Assembly (NCBI GenBank): GCA_964516425.1
Contig: CAZFAM010000005.1
Coordinates: 132-64,131 of the forward strand
Source of the DNA: an uncultured Bacteroidales bacterium
GTDB lineage: Bacteria; Bacillota_I; Bacilli_A; ML615J-28; CAG-698
Length of the DNA stretch: 64,000 bases
Direction: 5' to 3'
In this document: positions 1 through 8,916 of the stretch, piece by piece
Position numbering within the stretch: position 1 is the first letter of the stretch
Layout of the letters: every line of letters begins with the position of its first letter
The notes under the pieces: model-generated
What the model was told of the DNA's origin: nothing
The model's input: only the letters and a program-made list of their open reading frames with translations
Database searches by the model: none
Program-made: the position numbers and the translations under genes

Positions 1-29
1 TAAACCTATAAACCATTATAAATATAAAA

Positions 30-2663
30 CTATTTTTGATTAGGTGTTTTTACTTTTGTTGACCAATATTCTTTTAATCTTTGAAGACCTGAATATTGAA
101 CACTTGATTCATTGCTACCAAAACTTCTTAAACTAGAAAAACTATAAATAGAAACGCCCTTACAATTTTTCAATTTTGTTGTGTAAAGGATTTGATTTGA
201 TATTTCATATTCTTGAGTTCCCCATGAATAGTTTTTATTAGGTTCAGCCATATATAAACCAATACCACTATATAATGTAACACTTGTTCCATCAACAACT
301 TTATCCCACCAATCCATAACATCTGCGTATCCCGCAATACTATGAGTAAATGCCCAATATGATTGTGGCATAATATAATCAATTAACTCTTGTTGAATCC
401 AAAGTTTAGAATCGCAGAATAAGTACGATTCATAGTGTTGTTGGCCAGCGGTATTTGAACCACTATTTACACTACCATTACCATTTTTATAAATACCCGT
501 TGGTGAAATACCTAATTGAACATTTTTATTATATTGTGCATTATATGAAACAATTGCAGAATGAAGTTTTTTAATCATACTTGTAACATTATTGCGTCGC
601 CATTCTTTTTTATCACTTGCACTTGTTTTAGAATATCCACCATTTTTATCAATATAAGCTTCATATTCAGCTTGATCTGGTTCTGTTAGAACCTTAATAC
701 CATCAGACATTTGGGCATAAAAATAATCATCAAAATGAATTGCATCAACATCATAATTTTGTATTACTTCTGTACAAACTTTAACTATATAGTCTTGTAC
801 TTCTTCTTTAGCAGGATCTAGAATTGCTCCATGAGAAACACCTTGATAATAAGTTAATAAAATATTATCAGGATTGCTTGCAGGGTTATCTGGATAATTA
901 ACATATTCAGCTGCAACATCTGCTGTTGTTGTTTCATTTAATTTTAGTCCATGAGAATAAATACGATAAGGATTTAACCATGCATGGAACTCAATTCCTC
1001 GATCATGACATTCATCGATAAACCATTCTAAATAATCCCATTCACTAAATGACTCATATGTTCCATAGTTAGAAGCAATTGGTGCTAGTTTTGTTTTATA
1101 AAAAGCATTATTTAATGTTCTAATATGGAATATAATACAATTCATATTATATTGTTCCATTACTTCTAAAACTTCTAATAAATTAGCTTTCATTGTTTCT
1201 TTATCAGGACTAGGTACAAAATTACTAGCATGTGATGTAACCCATACAGCACGTAATTGACGGTCAGGTTGAACATAATTATTAGGTATAGTTACTGAAA
1301 CTGATGAATTACGATATGTTACAGTCTGACCACTATACTCCAAATTGACTAATTTATATGCTTCTTCCCATTTTGCGACTAATACAATTGACTCTGTATA
1401 ATTGTATGTTAATGGGCTTTCAACTTTAGTATCATTATAATACCAACCTAGGAATGTATATCCAGTATAAGAAGGTGTTGGAAGTTCCACAACAGTTCCA
1501 TATTTTACAGTTACAGAATTATATTTTAAATCCGATTTTTGAGTATTATATGTAATTTCATAAGTTACAGTCTCATCCCATTTAGCATATAACACTAAAT
1601 CTCCAAAACTATGAGCTTTTATAGTAGTTATTTTTTCACCGCTAAAATCACTATTTAAATACCATCCATCAAATTTATCACTTAATGGTTCTATTAATAT
1701 AATATCTGTATCTTGATATTGATATTCATTAATAACTTCATATTGTATTTCAGGAAAATTATGAAAATTTTCTCCATATACATTTTCATATCCTTCCGCA
1801 TCATCAGTAATATAACGATAAAAATCTAAAATACCATAATAGTAATTTGTACCACCAAAACGATTGTTTGATTTACAAATTTCATTTTTTACCCAACTGC
1901 TTAAATTATACCATTTTTCTTTATATGTACTACTATTAAAGAAATAATTATCATCAGCAGCATCAATATTATTATCTACAAGTAAGCGATTGTCACTTCC
2001 ATACGTTCCGCCGACATAATTAGTCCAAGTACCTTTAAATCCAGATTTATTTCCTTCGCCATGTAAAAAGGCATTTAATGTTTCACTTGGATTTATAAAC
2101 TTATAAAAATCTTTTAAAAATGCTTCCACATATTGTGATTTATTTGCATATGTCCATGAGCCACCATTTAATTCATATGTAATTGTATAAATTTTATTGT
2201 CAATTTCATATACAGCCTTAACACTTAAATCACTTGTAACATTTGAGAAGTCTGTATCCCATTCTTTAAATAAATATCCGCCTACTGAAGGAGGTGTAGG
2301 TGCAGTTGCACTTTTCCCTTCTTCTACTTTTTCAATTTTTAAAACATTATCTTCATTATCGTAAAATGTTACTGTATATGTTAAAGTGGTAGAAAGTGAA
2401 TTCCACTTTGCTACTAAAGTTATATTTTCTTCAATCTTGTTATTTTCGAAATCAAATAGTTCTTCATCTAAATACCAACCTAAGAACTCACTGTTTTCTT
2501 TCGTGGGTGCTTCAGGTTCTAAAGCTATTTCTCCAGTTTTTACTTTTATACTTTCAACTGGAGTTCCGCCATCACTATCAAATGTAATAGTTTTATAACT
2601 AACTAAACATCCGCTAAATAAAAACATAAAAATTATCATAAAAGATAATAATAATTTTTTCAT
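30..2663 (-). CDS. Surface lipoprotein: N-terminal Listeria-Bacteroides (Flg_new-type) repeats fused to a C-terminal GHL10/DUF187 (YngK/YddW-like) glycoside-hydrolase-like domain
   Basis: 877-aa ORF with lipobox LFSGC at residues 15-19 and an AAGGAG RBS before ATG 2663. It carries repeated units ending F.GWY...(L/V)(V/Y)AKW. The C-terminal half (RAVWV, IFHIRT, FHAWLNPYR, DAIHFDDYFY, GISPTGIY, YIMPQSYW) is colinear with ORFs 4689-6044 and 6046-8115. Confidence 0.8.
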   Translation of the reverse strand: MKKLLLSFMIIFMFLFSGCLVSYKTITFDSDGGTPVESIKVKTGEIALEPEAPTKENSEFLGWYLDEELFDFENNKIEENITLVAKWNSLSTTLTYTVTFYDNEDNVLKIEKVEEGKSATAPTPPSVGGYLFKEWDTDFSNVTSDLSVKAVYEIDNKIYTITYELNGGSWTYANKSQYVEAFLKDFYKFINPSETLNAFLHGEGNKSGFKGTWTNYVGGTYGSDNRLLVDNNIDAADDNYFFNSSTYKEKWYNLSSWVKNEICKSNNRFGGTNYYYGILDFYRYITDDAEGYENVYGENFHNFPEIQYEVINEYQYQDTDIILIEPLSDKFDGWYLNSDFSGEKITTIKAHSFGDLVLYAKWDETVTYEITYNTQKSDLKYNSVTVKYGTVVELPTPSYTGYTFLGWYYNDTKVESPLTYNYTESIVLVAKWEEAYKLVNLEYSGQTVTYRNSSVSVTIPNNYVQPDRQLRAVWVTSHASNFVPSPDKETMKANLLEVLEVMEQYNMNCIIFHIRTLNNAFYKTKLAPIASNYGTYESFSEWDYLEWFIDECHDRGIEFHAWLNPYRIYSHGLKLNETTTADVAAEYVNYPDNPASNPDNILLTYYQGVSHGAILDPAKEEVQDYIVKVCTEVIQNYDVDAIHFDDYFYAQMSDGIKVLTEPDQAEYEAYIDKNGGYSKTSASDKKEWRRNNVTSMIKKLHSAIVSYNAQYNKNVQLGISPTGIYKNGNGSVNSGSNTAGQQHYESYLFCDSKLWIQQELIDYIMPQSYWAFTHSIAGYADVMDWWDKVVDGTSVTLYSGIGLYMAEPNKNYSWGTQEYEISNQILYTTKLKNCKGVSIYSFSSLRSFGSNESSVQYSGLQRLKEYWSTKVKTPNQK

Positions 2664-2766
2664 CTCTTTCTCCTTTCGTATAATAATTATAGCAAAAAAG
2701 ACTTAAAAATTCAATAAAATTAACACTGACAATACATGGAAACATTATTTTTTTAATATTATAAAT

Positions 2767-2820
2767 TTCCGATTTCGGAAAAAAGTTCTAATATTTACAC
2801 TCTTGATGCCGAAATCGGAA
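2767..2820. promoter_or_regulatory. Two related palindromes, candidate operator pair
   Basis: TTCCGATTTCGGAA (2767-2780) and GCCGAAATCGGAA (2808-2820). Each is self-complementary and each core is the reverse complement of the other. The pair ends 8 nt upstream of the -35 box at 2828, in the divergent intergenic region. Confidence 0.45.
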
Positions 2821-2827
2821 TTTCATA

Positions 2828-2856
2828 TTGACAATTGATTTTTTATATAGTATAAT
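2828..2856 (+). promoter_or_regulatory. Consensus sigma-A type promoter
   Basis: TTGACA (2828-2833), exactly 17 nt, then TATAAT (2851-2856). GGAGGG RBS at 2864-2869 and ATG at 2877, so the leader would be very short. Confidence 0.7.
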
Positions 2857-2876
2857 AAACATTGGAGGGTAATACC

Positions 2877-4100
2877 ATGGTAGAACGTAGAGATTATTTA
2901 AACCAATTGATAAAATGGAAAGATCATCAAATAATCAAAGTAGTTACAGGAATTCGTCGTTGCGGAAAATCCACATTGCTTAATATGTATCAAGATTTTT
3001 TAAAGCATAACGGAGTCGATGAAGACCAAATTATATCTATTAATTTTGAAGAATTAGAATACGAAGAACTTTTGGATTATAAATCATTATATTATTATAT
3101 TAAGGAACGATTACATAAATTTAAACCAACCTATGTTTTTCTTGACGAAATACAACAAGTTGAGAATTTTCAAAAAGCAATCGATAGTTTATACGTTAAA
3201 AAGAATGTTGACATATATATTACCGGTTCTAATGCCTATTTGCTTTCAGGAGAACTAGCAACATTTCTTTCAGGAAGATATATAGAAATCAAAATGCTTC
3301 CTCTTTCTTTCGCTGAATTTTATGAATTAAATGCTAGCAAAGATAAAGAACAATTGTTTACAGAATATATAAAAAATGGTGGGTTGCCATATGTTACATC
3401 ACTAGATAATGATAGTCATAAAATTGATACGTATTTAGAAGGTATCTATAATACAATAGTAGTAAAAGATATAGAAGAGCGTCAACGTCGTAAGGAAGCT
3501 GATCCAAATAAGCGCAAAATCACAGATATAGCGCTTTTGAAAAACATATCTAAGTTTCTAGCTAGTTCAATAGGTAATCCTATTTCTGTAAAAATGATAG
3601 CTAACTATGTAACTTCCAGTGGTCGAAAAATATCTCAAAATACTGTAGATGATTATATAAAAGCTTTAGTTGAACCATATATCTTCTATCCTGTAGAACG
3701 TTTTGATGTACTAGGAAAACAACTTTTAAAAAAGAACCAAAAAATGTATATCGTTGACCTTGGCTTACGTCGCCATCTTCTTGCTAGACACAATTACGAT
3801 TTGGGGTTTTCTCTTGAAAACATTATATATTTAGAACTTTTACGTCGTGGCTACATCGTAAATGTAGGTAAAGTGGGAGTAACAGAAATTGATTTTATAG
3901 CAAGAAAAAATGAAGAAATACTTTATTATCAAGTTACCACATCAATGATGGATGAAACAACTTTTAATAGAGAAATTACTCCCCTTAAAAATATTTCCGA
4001 TAATTACCCAAAAACAATTATTACGCTTGACCATTTTACTCTAGGTAATTATGATGGAATAACAGTTGTAAACGCAATTGATTGGCTGTTAGAGCATTAA
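2877..4100 (+). CDS. AAA+ ATPase of the AAA_14 / DUF4143 family (COG1373-like), function unknown
   Basis: P-loop VVTGIRRCGKSTLL and Walker B YVFLDEIQ, with a DUF4143-like C-terminal half. The start was moved from the track's TTG 2862 to ATG 2877 because the TTG lies in the GGAGGG RBS. Confidence 0.8.
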   Translation: MVERRDYLNQLIKWKDHQIIKVVTGIRRCGKSTLLNMYQDFLKHNGVDEDQIISINFEELEYEELLDYKSLYYYIKERLHKFKPTYVFLDEIQQVENFQKAIDSLYVKKNVDIYITGSNAYLLSGELATFLSGRYIEIKMLPLSFAEFYELNASKDKEQLFTEYIKNGGLPYVTSLDNDSHKIDTYLEGIYNTIVVKDIEERQRRKEADPNKRKITDIALLKNISKFLASSIGNPISVKMIANYVTSSGRKISQNTVDDYIKALVEPYIFYPVERFDVLGKQLLKKNQKMYIVDLGLRRHLLARHNYDLGFSLENIIYLELLRRGYIVNVGKVGVTEIDFIARKNEEILYYQVTTSMMDETTFNREITPLKNISDNYPKTIITLDHFTLGNYDGITVVNAIDWLLEH

Positions 4101-4179
4101 TCATTTTATAATCTGATTTTATGTTTAAAAGCTTAATAATTCAAATATAATAACCTAATAAAAATATTTTTAAAGTATA

Positions 4180-4221
4180 AAACCATAATCTAAGGATGAT
4201 ACCCTTAAATTATGGTTTTTT
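4180..4221 (+). terminator. Intrinsic terminator after the DUF4143 ATPase gene
   Basis: Imperfect hairpin AACCATAATCTAAGG / CCCTTAAATTATGGTT followed by a T7 run. Confidence 0.7.
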
Positions 4222-4400
4222 ATCATAAAAGTTTTTAGCTGATGAATATATAAATTCACTTAAATTGCATTTTTCTTTTTCTTATAAAAATCTTACTTAA
4301 TATAATAATAAAATACTATCAAATATTTAATATGATTATTAATTGATTAAATAAAAGATATATTTTTATTTATAATATTTTATTACAATTTCACAAAATA

Positions 4401-4456
4401 TAAAATACCACAAATCTATAAAGTAAAATACCACATCGCAATAATATAACACCACA
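4401..4456. repeat. Three phased direct repeats (iteron-like) in an orphan non-coding region
   Basis: TAAAATACCACA at 4401-4412 and 4424-4435, and TATAACACCACA at 4445-4456. Spacing is 23 and 21 nt. Confidence 0.6.
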
Positions 4457-4593
4457 AACATACGACAATATCAACATTTTTTTCAAAAACGGCTAATAGA
4501 TAATATTGACATTTAGCATTTTCTAACAAATAACAGTTATTAAATCAGTCGATAAAACACAAAATCAAAAACTTGAAACAATTAAATTTGCAT

Positions 4594-4629
4594 AAAAAAA
4601 GGTGTAATCCCTTATTTTCAGGTTACACC
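4594..4629 (-). terminator. Intrinsic terminator of the GHL10 gene pair
   Basis: On the minus strand, GGTGTAACC / GGATTACACC stem with one bulge, followed by T7 (4600-4594). It lies 60 nt downstream of the stop at 4689. Confidence 0.7.
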
Positions 4630-4688
4630 ACATTTTCTAAAACACTTTCTTATTAACCATGAGCTAATCATCTAGTACTTTTTTACAT

Positions 4689-6044
4689 TTATTTATTAGC
4701 CATTGTTAAAGGGGCTTTAACTTTCACAGACCAATATTCTTTTCTAATTTTATCTAATCCTTTATATACTAATGAATTTTCATCTTCTATTGATGTAACT
4801 AAAGAACGGAAACTAAATACACACGTACCTTTCACATTTTTTAATGTATTACAATATAACACTTCATCACTAGCTTCATAAGGATATGATTTCCAAGAAT
4901 ATGTATTATTAGGTGATTGAGACATATATACACCCATTCCACTATATAAATTTACTTTCTTGTGTTCAACTACCTTATCCCACCAACTCATTACATCTGC
5001 ATATCCTGCAACAGGATGTGTAAATCCCCAATATGATTGTGGAATAATATAATCAATCCATTCATTATCTATCCATTTTTTACTATTACAGAATAAATAT
5101 GAATTTAAATGATCTTGACCAACAGTATTTGAACCACTTGTTATTGCTGTACCATTTGCATCATATGTTACATTACCATCACCATTAGCATAAATACCTG
5201 TTGGAGAAATTCCAAGTTGAACATGTTTATTAAGTTTTTTATTAGCATCCACAATAGCACAATGAAGACCATATATAAAATTATCCACATTATCTCGACG
5301 CCAATTCTTTTTATCTTCCGCATTATCTTTTTTATACTTAGTATCTTTATTTTCATCGATAAACATTTCATAATCTTTTTGATCTTGTTCACTTAATACA
5401 TCAATATCTTTAGACATTTGAGCATAAAAATAATCATCAAAATGAATAGCATCAATGTCATAATTTTGAATTAATTCCAAACATACTTTAATAATATAGT
5501 TTTGTACTTCAGCTTTACATGGATTTAAAATAGCACCTTTAGAACTAGTCAATAAAATATTGTCAGGATTATTTGCGGGATTCAATGGATAATCTTGATA
5601 ATCTAATGCAATATCATTAACTGTAATATCATCACTATAACCACTTGATTTAATTCGATATGGATTTAACCAAGCATGAAATTCAATGTTTCTTTGATGA
5701 CATTCATTTATAAACCATTCTAAATAATCAAATTCTTCAAATGATTCATATGTTCCAAAGTGACTATCTATTGGTGCACATTTGGTTTTATAATATGCAT
5801 TATTGTATGTTCGTACATGAAATACAATAGCATTCATATTAAACATTTCTAAATATTTTAAAACATCTAATAAATTTCTTTTCATTTGTTCTTTATCAGG
5901 TGTAGCAACAAAGTCACCCACGATTAAAGAAACCCAAGCAGAACGAAAATAACTATCCTTTTCACGGAAATTTTCATTAAGCATTACATTACTTTCTGTG
6001 TTTCTAAATTTAACTTCTATGTTATCAATTACTAATTTTTTCAT
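4689..6044 (-). CDS. GHL10/DUF187 glycoside-hydrolase-like protein, no signal peptide (predicted cytoplasmic)
   Basis: Same core motifs as its neighbours (AWVS, VFHVRT, FHAWLNPYR, DAIHFDDYFY, GISPTGIY, IIPQSYW). ATG 6044 lies 1 nt after the upstream stop, with a GAGGAA RBS. The track's GTG 6056 lies inside that RBS. Confidence 0.8.
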   Translation of the reverse strand: MKKLVIDNIEVKFRNTESNVMLNENFREKDSYFRSAWVSLIVGDFVATPDKEQMKRNLLDVLKYLEMFNMNAIVFHVRTYNNAYYKTKCAPIDSHFGTYESFEEFDYLEWFINECHQRNIEFHAWLNPYRIKSSGYSDDITVNDIALDYQDYPLNPANNPDNILLTSSKGAILNPCKAEVQNYIIKVCLELIQNYDIDAIHFDDYFYAQMSKDIDVLSEQDQKDYEMFIDENKDTKYKKDNAEDKKNWRRDNVDNFIYGLHCAIVDANKKLNKHVQLGISPTGIYANGDGNVTYDANGTAITSGSNTVGQDHLNSYLFCNSKKWIDNEWIDYIIPQSYWGFTHPVAGYADVMSWWDKVVEHKKVNLYSGMGVYMSQSPNNTYSWKSYPYEASDEVLYCNTLKNVKGTCVFSFRSLVTSIEDENSLVYKGLDKIRKEYWSVKVKAPLTMANK

Positions 6045-6045
6045 T

Positions 6046-8115
6046 TTATTCCTCACTTATAAATATATCATTAATTTTATTATTATATATACTATACATT
6101 CCTTCATAGAAAATTTCAATTTTAAGTTTTTTATAATCAACCGTTAATACTTCACTTTCAATTTCACCAAATTCATTGTAAGCAACAACTTTAAAGAAAT
6201 TAGGTTTTAAAGCATTATTGAAATTATAAGAGTATGTAGTACCACGAAAGCCACTAATTGATTCTATTGTTTTTACTTCTTCAAAGTTTTTATTATCGTA
6301 TGACAAATATAATTTATAATGAATATTATTACCGATATAATAATTTGCACTTGGAATACTAATAGTGATTTTAGAACCAATTCCTACTGTACCTGTAAAA
6401 CTTAATACTCCCATTGTACCAATAGATTTTGAAAAATTTATTTCGGAAGAATTAGAGTTTAAATAAATAGCTTCACCTTTTTGATTAGCTTGATTTATAG
6501 GAACAATAGCGTATTGATATTTTTCACTCATATCCACAACATCTACAAACGTATTAAAATCAAAATCTTTATTATTTCCTAAAAAACCAATTAAATGACT
6601 AGGATTATTAATATTCACTTCACCAATTGATCGATATATAGCATAACGATTATTATTTTCATTTTTATCAAAAACTAAAGTGTAACTTTCTTCACCTTTT
6701 AAAATTTTATAATTTGTAACTGGGTCAACTGAATAATTATAACGTTGTGATATTGGATTATAAACTTTAGTATTCCATAAATTTTCGTGAACATTTTTAA
6801 TATCATTACTTGTTTTGTAATTATTTTTTAAAGTTTTATAGCAATATAAACATGAACCTTTAATTTCAGGATATTTAGTATTATATAATAATTCATTTGT
6901 GAATGTCATTAAAGATTTTGTAGACCAGCCTTTTTCTTTGGCATCATTCATTTTATATATTCCTAAACCTGTATATAAATTCACTTTTTTATATTTAACA
7001 ACATGTGCCCACCAATCAACAACATCCGCATATGGCATACCCTCATTTTCAAAAGATCCATAAACTTGAGGAATAATATAATCAATCCATTCATTATCAA
7101 TCCATTTTTTAGAATCAGAATATAAAGGCGAATCATAATGTGAATAACCGGTACTATTAGAAGCTACTGGAGATATTAATGTGCCATTGCTATCATATTG
7201 ATAATCTGTGGAATAAGTTCCATTACGATAAACTCCGCTTGGAGAAATGCCTAATTGAACAGCCTTTTTATTAGCACTATTATATTTACTAATTTCTTCA
7301 CTTAAAGTTTCAATAAATTCATCAACTTGCAATCTTCTAAACGTTTCTTGATTTGATGTATTATAATTACTTTTATATTTATTAAATGTACTTGTATCAT
7401 CAATACCTTCAATATAAAAATAATCATCAAAATGAATAGCATCAACATCATATTTTTCGATTACCTCCATACATACATCAACTAAATAATTACGTACTTC
7501 TGGTGAGCCAGGATTCAATATAGCACCACTTTTACCAATTAATACATTTTCCGATTTAATTGCGGGGTTATTAGGACAATTTTCATATTTCTTTTGTATT
7601 TCACTCATTGTTATTGCGGTACTAGAAATACGATAAGGATTCATCCATGCATGAAACTCAATCCCCCTTTTATGACACTCATTAATAAACCATTCTAAAT
7701 AATCCCATTCATAAAAGTTAGCATTTTTGATATAACCTGACTTAGGAGCTAACATTGTATTATAAAAAGCATCATTATGAGTTCTTATATGAAAAATGAT
7801 GGTATTTAAATTATACTCTTCCATCCTATCTAAAACACTTGTAAGTTCTTCTTGAAAAGCTTCTTTAGTAGATGTATATCCACTTATATCTCCCGCATAA
7901 GCAGATACCCATATACCACGGAATTCTGTAGTAGGAGTTTCATAACTATCTTGTGTTGGCACCATAACTTGAATATCTGTATTTTTATACGTTACAATTT
8001 GCCCAGAACTATTTTTTATTGTTGATGCGTTAGTTGTTGCATTAACATTTAACGTTAAATTACTAATAATAACTAATGATAAAATTATTAATAATATATT
8101 TAAACTTTTTTTCAT
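6046..8115 (-). CDS. Secreted GHL10/DUF187 glycoside-hydrolase-like protein with a C-terminal beta-rich extension
   Basis: 689 aa, signal peptide ending NVNA-T, AGGAGG RBS. It has the GHL10 core motifs, then about 230 aa of beta-sandwich-like sequence. Confidence 0.8.
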   Translation of the reverse strand: MKKSLNILLIILSLVIISNLTLNVNATTNASTIKNSSGQIVTYKNTDIQVMVPTQDSYETPTTEFRGIWVSAYAGDISGYTSTKEAFQEELTSVLDRMEEYNLNTIIFHIRTHNDAFYNTMLAPKSGYIKNANFYEWDYLEWFINECHKRGIEFHAWMNPYRISSTAITMSEIQKKYENCPNNPAIKSENVLIGKSGAILNPGSPEVRNYLVDVCMEVIEKYDVDAIHFDDYFYIEGIDDTSTFNKYKSNYNTSNQETFRRLQVDEFIETLSEEISKYNSANKKAVQLGISPSGVYRNGTYSTDYQYDSNGTLISPVASNSTGYSHYDSPLYSDSKKWIDNEWIDYIIPQVYGSFENEGMPYADVVDWWAHVVKYKKVNLYTGLGIYKMNDAKEKGWSTKSLMTFTNELLYNTKYPEIKGSCLYCYKTLKNNYKTSNDIKNVHENLWNTKVYNPISQRYNYSVDPVTNYKILKGEESYTLVFDKNENNNRYAIYRSIGEVNINNPSHLIGFLGNNKDFDFNTFVDVVDMSEKYQYAIVPINQANQKGEAIYLNSNSSEINFSKSIGTMGVLSFTGTVGIGSKITISIPSANYYIGNNIHYKLYLSYDNKNFEEVKTIESISGFRGTTYSYNFNNALKPNFFKVVAYNEFGEIESEVLTVDYKKLKIEIFYEGMYSIYNNKINDIFISEE

Positions 8116-8231
8116 CTATCCTCCTAATATATATTTATTTTCAAATATTATATCATATTTTGAAGAAAAATTAAAGTAGTACAAGCATTTATTATATATT
8201 AATGTTTTATAATTTTTTAATTACTTATCAT

Positions 8232-8263
8232 TTATAAAAGAGTGTTTATAATCTAAACACTCT
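8232..8263 (-). terminator. Hairpin terminator after the ATPase/RloB pair
   Basis: Perfect 10-bp stem AGAGTGTTTA / TAAACACTCT (8239-8263) followed on the minus strand by TTTATAAA. The T-run is short. Confidence 0.55.
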
Positions 8264-8343
8264 AACTTCGCTATATACATAATTTAAATAATGCTTCCAT
8301 TAATATTGAAAACTAATTCATTAACTGTAATTTTTATTATATT

Positions 8344-8916
8344 CTAATTCTTTTTTATAACCTTATTAATTAAATCTATTATAGTAGAGCTAGGCGTTTC
8401 ATTGATATTTTTTTTAATTTTATTTGAATTTTTCTCAAATGCATTAACATCAATTTTACTGGCCATTTGTTCATACTGTTTTTGTGCACCTGTATATTCT
8501 GTAATACCAAAATATTTTTCAAATAGTTTTCGATATTGCTCTTTTGTATAATAATTTGTGGGATGCCTATCCACTTGAGTAATTAAATACAAATATTCAA
8601 TTATTGGATTAACAAAATAAATATTATTAGTACATTCAATCTCATTTTGTTTCATAAGTCTTTTATAATTTTCAATAGTCTGTCGGGCATTTTTATCACC
8701 ATCTACAAAAAGGAAACAATGATTATGAGGATATAAAATTAATACTTCCCTTAATTTATCAACAATTCTATTTTTACCAGAACTTGATATTACATTAATA
8801 TTATAATTACTATCATAGAAAGAAAATATTCTATCAAGATAAATTTTATCACCTATTCCTTCACAAATAATATATATTTTTTCTTTAAATCTTGGAAAAT
8901 TAGGAATTCTTTTCAT
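8344..8916 (-). CDS. RloB-like (Toprim-like) protein, AbiLii-like
   Basis: 190 aa. N-terminal YIICEGIGDKIY (RloB signature C-E-G) and a later acidic LFVDGDKN (DxD). Its ATG overlaps the upstream stop as TAATG. Confidence 0.7.
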   Translation of the reverse strand: MKRIPNFPRFKEKIYIICEGIGDKIYLDRIFSFYDSNYNINVISSSGKNRIVDKLREVLILYPHNHCFLFVDGDKNARQTIENYKRLMKQNEIECTNNIYFVNPIIEYLYLITQVDRHPTNYYTKEQYRKLFEKYFGITEYTGAQKQYEQMASKIDVNAFEKNSNKIKKNINETPSSTIIDLINKVIKKN

